Shown here: in pieces, positions 60,306 through 64,000 of the stretch
How positions within the stretch are numbered: position 1 is the first letter of the stretch
Layout of the letters: each line of letters starts with the position of its first letter
NCBI GenBank assembly: GCA_963821525.1
Contig: CAWGED010000005.1
Coordinates: 736,001-800,000 of the forward strand
Source: an uncultured Gemmatimonadales bacterium
GTDB taxonomy: Bacteria > Gemmatimonadota > Gemmatimonadetes > Gemmatimonadales > GWC2-71-9
Reading direction: 5' to 3'
Length of the DNA stretch: 64,000 nucleotides
Position numbers and translations under genes: made by a program
The notes under the pieces: generated by a model
Database searches by the model: none
Told to the model about the DNA's origin: nothing
The model's input: only the letters and a program-made list of their open reading frames with translations

Positions 60306-63300
60306 CCGGCTCGCCCACCGCGCAGGCGCTGCACCGCCTGGCCCGGCCGCTCAAGCGCCTCGACGGCCTGGCGTGGCTGGGCTTCGGCCTGGGTGGTGCG
60401 CTCCTCGTCCTGGGGCTCCTCTCCTGGGCGGCGCGACTCGGCTGGTACCAGGAACCGACGTGGGTGCTCACGGCCTGGGCTGCGGCGAGCGGTGTCGCTC
60501 TCGCGATGCTGGGTCGTGGTTGGCGGAAGCACCGCGAGTTGACACCTCGGCAGGTCGCGGGGTGGCTCGAGGACCGGGGACACCGGCGCGGGTCGCTCAC
60601 TGGGCACCTGGATGATTCGGTAGCAGGAACCAGTTCGGAGCTACGCCAACTGGCCGATCAACGCTCCGCGACGGCTCTTCAGAACCTCGCGGAGCAGGAA
60701 CTGCATCCTTATCACCAGAATTTCCAGCGTCGAGCGATGCAGGGTGGCGGTGCAGTGTTGGCCGGACTGACTCTACTCTGGTCGGCTGGGCCCACTCACG
60801 GCCCCGCAGCCCTCTTGTTCAAGCCTCGCGCGGCCTGGAGCGCCGCCACTGCGCCGGTTCAAATAAGCCTTTCACAGGATGAGGCCGATCGCGGCGCCAC
60901 AATTCAGGTCTCGATGCAGGCCTTGGGTCGGCGTCAGGCGATTCTCTGGACCCGCGCACCGGGAGAGGTGTGGCGCGGCCAGGGGATCAAGCTCGATTCA
61001 CTCGGTATGGCCACGAGAGATATCGGTCCGCTCGAGTCCGATCTCTTCCTCCGCCTCTCCAGCGGCGGCCGTGGCTCGGACACCCTCCAGGTCCATATCC
61101 GGATTCCCGCATTTCTCGGCCGGCTCGCGGTTACCGCGCGCTATCCGTCATATCTGGGCCTCGAGGACGAGCCGATCTCGACCGACGGAGACACGATCTA
61201 CGTGCCCGCGGGCACCCGGCTCGAGACGCGGGGCGAAGCGACTGCTGACTTGAGCGACGCGAGCTGGAGCTCCGGCGGGTACCGCGCCTCGCTCACTACC
61301 AATGGACCGAAGTTCGTGGGTGTCTTCACGCCGAGCGGCACTCGCCGGTACACCCTGGATCTGGCCACTGCATCGGGTCAGCCGTTGTCGGGAGACACGG
61401 TTCACATGGCGATCGTGGCGGTACTCGACAGCGTACCGCGCGTCGAGGTTCCGGTCCCCGGAGTGGACACGGTGGCGCCACTCTCCCTTCGAGTGCCGCT
61501 GGTCGTCGATGCCCAGGACGATCACGGGGTGCGAAGTGTCGTCATCGAGAGTCGCCGCATCAGCCGGCTGGGATTCGCCGATCCGCCCGCGACCGAGATC
61601 ATCCCGCTGCCCGAGGCCGATCAGCAGCGCGCCATCGTCGGATTCGAGCTCGATCTGAACCAGCGTGGTCTCCTGCCCGGCGACACCATTCGCTATTTCG
61701 TCACCGCGGCCGACAACGCTCCGGAGCCCAACCAGGCTCGCTCGAAGGAGTTCGTGCTGCGACTCCCCACCCTGAGCGAGGTACGCCAGGCGACACGCCA
61801 GGCATCGGAGTCCGTCTCGGGACGGATAGACAGTCTCGCCGCGGCCAGTCGCCAGCTGGAGCGGGCGACCGAGGACCTCTCTCAGGAACGTCCCCGCAAC
61901 CAGGCCGACAACGCTGAGGCCGGTAGCACCAACGAGTCTTTGTCCTTCGAGGCCGCGAAGCGAGCCGAAGCTGTAGCAGCCTCTCAGGAACAGCTGCAGA
62001 AACAACTCGAAGAGGTGAAGAGCGCCATCGAATCGCTGGAAAAGAGCGCTCAGGCCGCGGGACTCGCCGATCCGGAGTGGCAGAAGCGCCTGGAGGAAAT
62101 CCGGGAGCAGCTGGATCGTGCGTTGACGCCCGAGCTGAAACAGCAGCTCGCCGAGTTGCAGAAGGCGCTCAAGGATCTGGATCCCGAGAGGACCCAGGAG
62201 GCGCTGAAGGATCTGGCGAAGGCGCAGGAGGAGATGCGCGAGGCGCTGGAGCGGAGCAAGGAACTGTTCCGTCGCGCGGCGCTCGAGGGCGATCTGACAA
62301 ACCTGACCGCCGAATCGAAGGAACTGTCTCAGGCGCAGCAGCAGTGGAACCAGCAGGTGGAGACCGCCGACTCGACTCGCTCCGCCGCGGAAGAAGCGGC
62401 CCTCGCGGCACGGGCCGATTCGCTCGCTGCGGCACTCGAGAAGACCGGTGAGCAGCTGTCTCAGGAAGGACGCCAGGAGGCCATGCAGCAGATGGCAGAA
62501 CGCGCGTCTCAAGCCGGCAAGCAGATGAAACAGGCCCGTCAGTCGGCATCCGCGGGACAGCGGAGTCAGGCGAAACAGCAGGGACAACGCGCCTCGGAGG
62601 AGCTGGACCCGCTGAGCGAAGATCTGCAGGAGCAGAGGAAGAACCTGGCCCAGCAGTGGCAGGCCGACGTGGCGCAGGCGCTCGATCGCTCGCTGGCGGA
62701 GACGAGCCGCCTGGCCGAGCGCGAGCTTGACGTGAACGAGGCGCTGCGACGCGGCGATGCCTCGGCCGAGGTGCGCGCGGAGCAGGGGGCGTTGGAGGAA
62801 GGTGTTGACCGGCTGCTGGACCAGGTGAAGGAAATCAGCGGGAAGAACGCCCTGGTATCCCAGCAGAGCGCCGTTGCTCTCGCGGCCGCCAAGGACCAGA
62901 TGCGGCGTGCGCGCGACGCGCTGGCCAATGCGGCGCCCAACGCCCGCGAAGGTGCCGCCCGCACCGGTGAAGCGGTGGATGCGCTCAATGCCGCCTCCTA
63001 CAGCCTGCTGCGGAGCAAGAGTGCGGTACAGGGGGCCGGATCCGGCTCCGGATTGGCCGAGGCACTGGAGCAGATGAATCAGATGGCATCGCAGCAAGGC
63101 CAGTTGAGCCAGCAGGCCGGCGGCATGCTCCCGATGCCGGGAGGAGCCGGCGCGATGCAGGAGCAGATCCGGGCGCTCGGCGCCCAGCAGCGCGCCTTGG
63201 CCGAACGGTTGGAGCGGATGCGGGCCGGCGGCAATCTCCCGGGCACCGCTGAGATGGCGGACGAAGGAAAAGACCTGGCCCGCCGTCTCGAGGCCGGACG

Positions 63301-63598
63301 AATCGATCGGCAGACGGTGGAACGGCAGGAACGCCTCTTCCGCCGCATGCTGGACGCCGGCCGCACTCTTCAGGGTCAGGACGAAGACGAGAAAAAGGAA
63401 CGGCAAAGCACGACGGCTGGGGACGACAGCGTCCATCTGCCTCCCGCTTTGCGTTCTCTGCTCCAGGGCAACGACGCGGTGCTGCGGCTCCCCTCCTGGG
63501 AGGCGATGCAGAACCTGAGTCCGTCGGAGCGGCGGATGGTGGTGGAGTATTTCCGGAGGCTGTCGGAGCAGGGTGGAAAGGTGAGCGGTGAGCGGTGA
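60302..63598 (+). CDS. DUF4175-family membrane/coiled-coil protein
   Basis: N-terminal TM helices, ARYPSY, DDHGV, D.IRYFV.A.DN, long Q/E-rich coiled coil, C-terminal EYFRRL. Confidence 0.85.
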   Translation: MTGSPTAQALHRLARPLKRLDGLAWLGFGLGGALLVLGLLSWAARLGWYQEPTWVLTAWAAASGVALAMLGRGWRKHRELTPRQVAGWLEDRGHRRGSLTGHLDDSVAGTSSELRQLADQRSATALQNLAEQELHPYHQNFQRRAMQGGGAVLAGLTLLWSAGPTHGPAALLFKPRAAWSAATAPVQISLSQDEADRGATIQVSMQALGRRQAILWTRAPGEVWRGQGIKLDSLGMATRDIGPLESDLFLRLSSGGRGSDTLQVHIRIPAFLGRLAVTARYPSYLGLEDEPISTDGDTIYVPAGTRLETRGEATADLSDASWSSGGYRASLTTNGPKFVGVFTPSGTRRYTLDLATASGQPLSGDTVHMAIVAVLDSVPRVEVPVPGVDTVAPLSLRVPLVVDAQDDHGVRSVVIESRRISRLGFADPPATEIIPLPEADQQRAIVGFELDLNQRGLLPGDTIRYFVTAADNAPEPNQARSKEFVLRLPTLSEVRQATRQASESVSGRIDSLAAASRQLERATEDLSQERPRNQADNAEAGSTNESLSFEAAKRAEAVAASQEQLQKQLEEVKSAIESLEKSAQAAGLADPEWQKRLEEIREQLDRALTPELKQQLAELQKALKDLDPERTQEALKDLAKAQEEMREALERSKELFRRAALEGDLTNLTAESKELSQAQQQWNQQVETADSTRSAAEEAALAARADSLAAALEKTGEQLSQEGRQEAMQQMAERASQAGKQMKQARQSASAGQRSQAKQQGQRASEELDPLSEDLQEQRKNLAQQWQADVAQALDRSLAETSRLAERELDVNEALRRGDASAEVRAEQGALEEGVDRLLDQVKEISGKNALVSQQSAVALAAAKDQMRRARDALANAAPNAREGAARTGEAVDALNAASYSLLRSKSAVQGAGSGSGLAEALEQMNQMASQQGQLSQQAGGMLPMPGGAGAMQEQIRALGAQQRALAERLERMRAGGNLPGTAEMADEGKDLARRLEAGRIDRQTVERQERLFRRMLDAGRTLQGQDEDEKKERQSTTAGDDSVHLPPALRSLLQGNDAVLRLPSWEAMQNLSPSERRMVVEYFRRLSEQGGKVSGER

Positions 63599-63673
63599 GC
63601 GGTGAGCGGGAACTGCCCCTGAACCGGGCACCAGTGTCTCGTTTCCCGCTCACTGCTCACCGCTTACCGCTTA
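63580..63673. repeat. GGTGAGC heptamer array with inverted GCTCACC-like copies
   Basis: ggtgagc x4 ... gctcact gctcacc gcttacc gctta. Confidence 0.8.
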
Positions 63674-64000
63674 CGCTGTTGGTACTACTCCTTCTCGTCC
63701 CGGGAAAGGTCTGGGCTCAGGGCGAATCCCTCACCCGCGCCTTCGATCTCGAACGCCGCGGCAGTTTCGCCCAGGCGGCTGATCTGTATCGTTCGGTTCT
63801 CGCGACCAAACCCGGTGAAGTGTCGGCTCTCCTGGGCTTGGAGCGCTCTCTCGTCCCGCTGAATCGTCTGCCGGAAATTCTCCCGCAGGTCCGCGCCGCG
63901 CTCGCGGCCAATCCCACCGCGGCTCCGATCTACGGCGTTGCTCTCCGGGCCTACTCCGCGGCCAACCAGCTCGACAGCTTGGAATCGGCCGTCGCACAGT
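63595..64000 (+). CDS. TPR-containing secreted protein, partial
   Basis: Frame open from GTG 63595 (overlaps the upstream TGA): hydrophobic leader, AFDLERRG..A..AA..YR..L, ALLGLER. Confidence 0.75.
   Translation, partial: MSGERELPLNRAPVSRFPLTAHRLPLTLLVLLLLVPGKVWAQGESLTRAFDLERRGSFAQAADLYRSVLATKPGEVSALLGLERSLVPLNRLPEILPQVRAALAANPTAAPIYGVALRAYSAANQLDSLESAVAQ

Noticed and set aside
16888..63631. Long antisense ORFs (e.g. 16888..18606+, 22582..24234+, 27566..29620+, 61148..63631-)
   Set aside because: Shadow frames of well-supported genes in high-GC DNA; no recognisable motifs

Overview
High-GC bacterial chromosome segment; gene content and repeat style suggest Gemmatimonadota (inference only). 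Core blocks lie at both ends: a MoxR/DUF58/vWA (Bat-type) operon, an ECF sigma/Ser-Thr kinase pair and prs-rplY-pth-ychF on the left; ispE, pdxJ, mce, trxA, rsmI and DUF4159-DUF4175-TPR on the right. The normally contiguous ispE-tRNA-Gln-prs order is split by about 36 kb and about 4.5 kb of accessory DNA, with no integrase visible. The larger block carries a 19 kb co-oriented run: three Orn/Lys/Arg decarboxylases, two APC antiporters, an orphan solute-binding protein, a DcaP-like porin, a small secreted protein that copies only the porin's N-terminal segment, an RND pump and PPK2. It also carries an unexplained 3-unit ~150 bp repeat array and cassette-like small genes with degenerate attC-like sites. 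Many genes have single-base frameshifts, probably assembly indels. No CRISPR-cas, rRNA, transposase or integrase was seen. All protein family calls come from motif recognition, not database searches.
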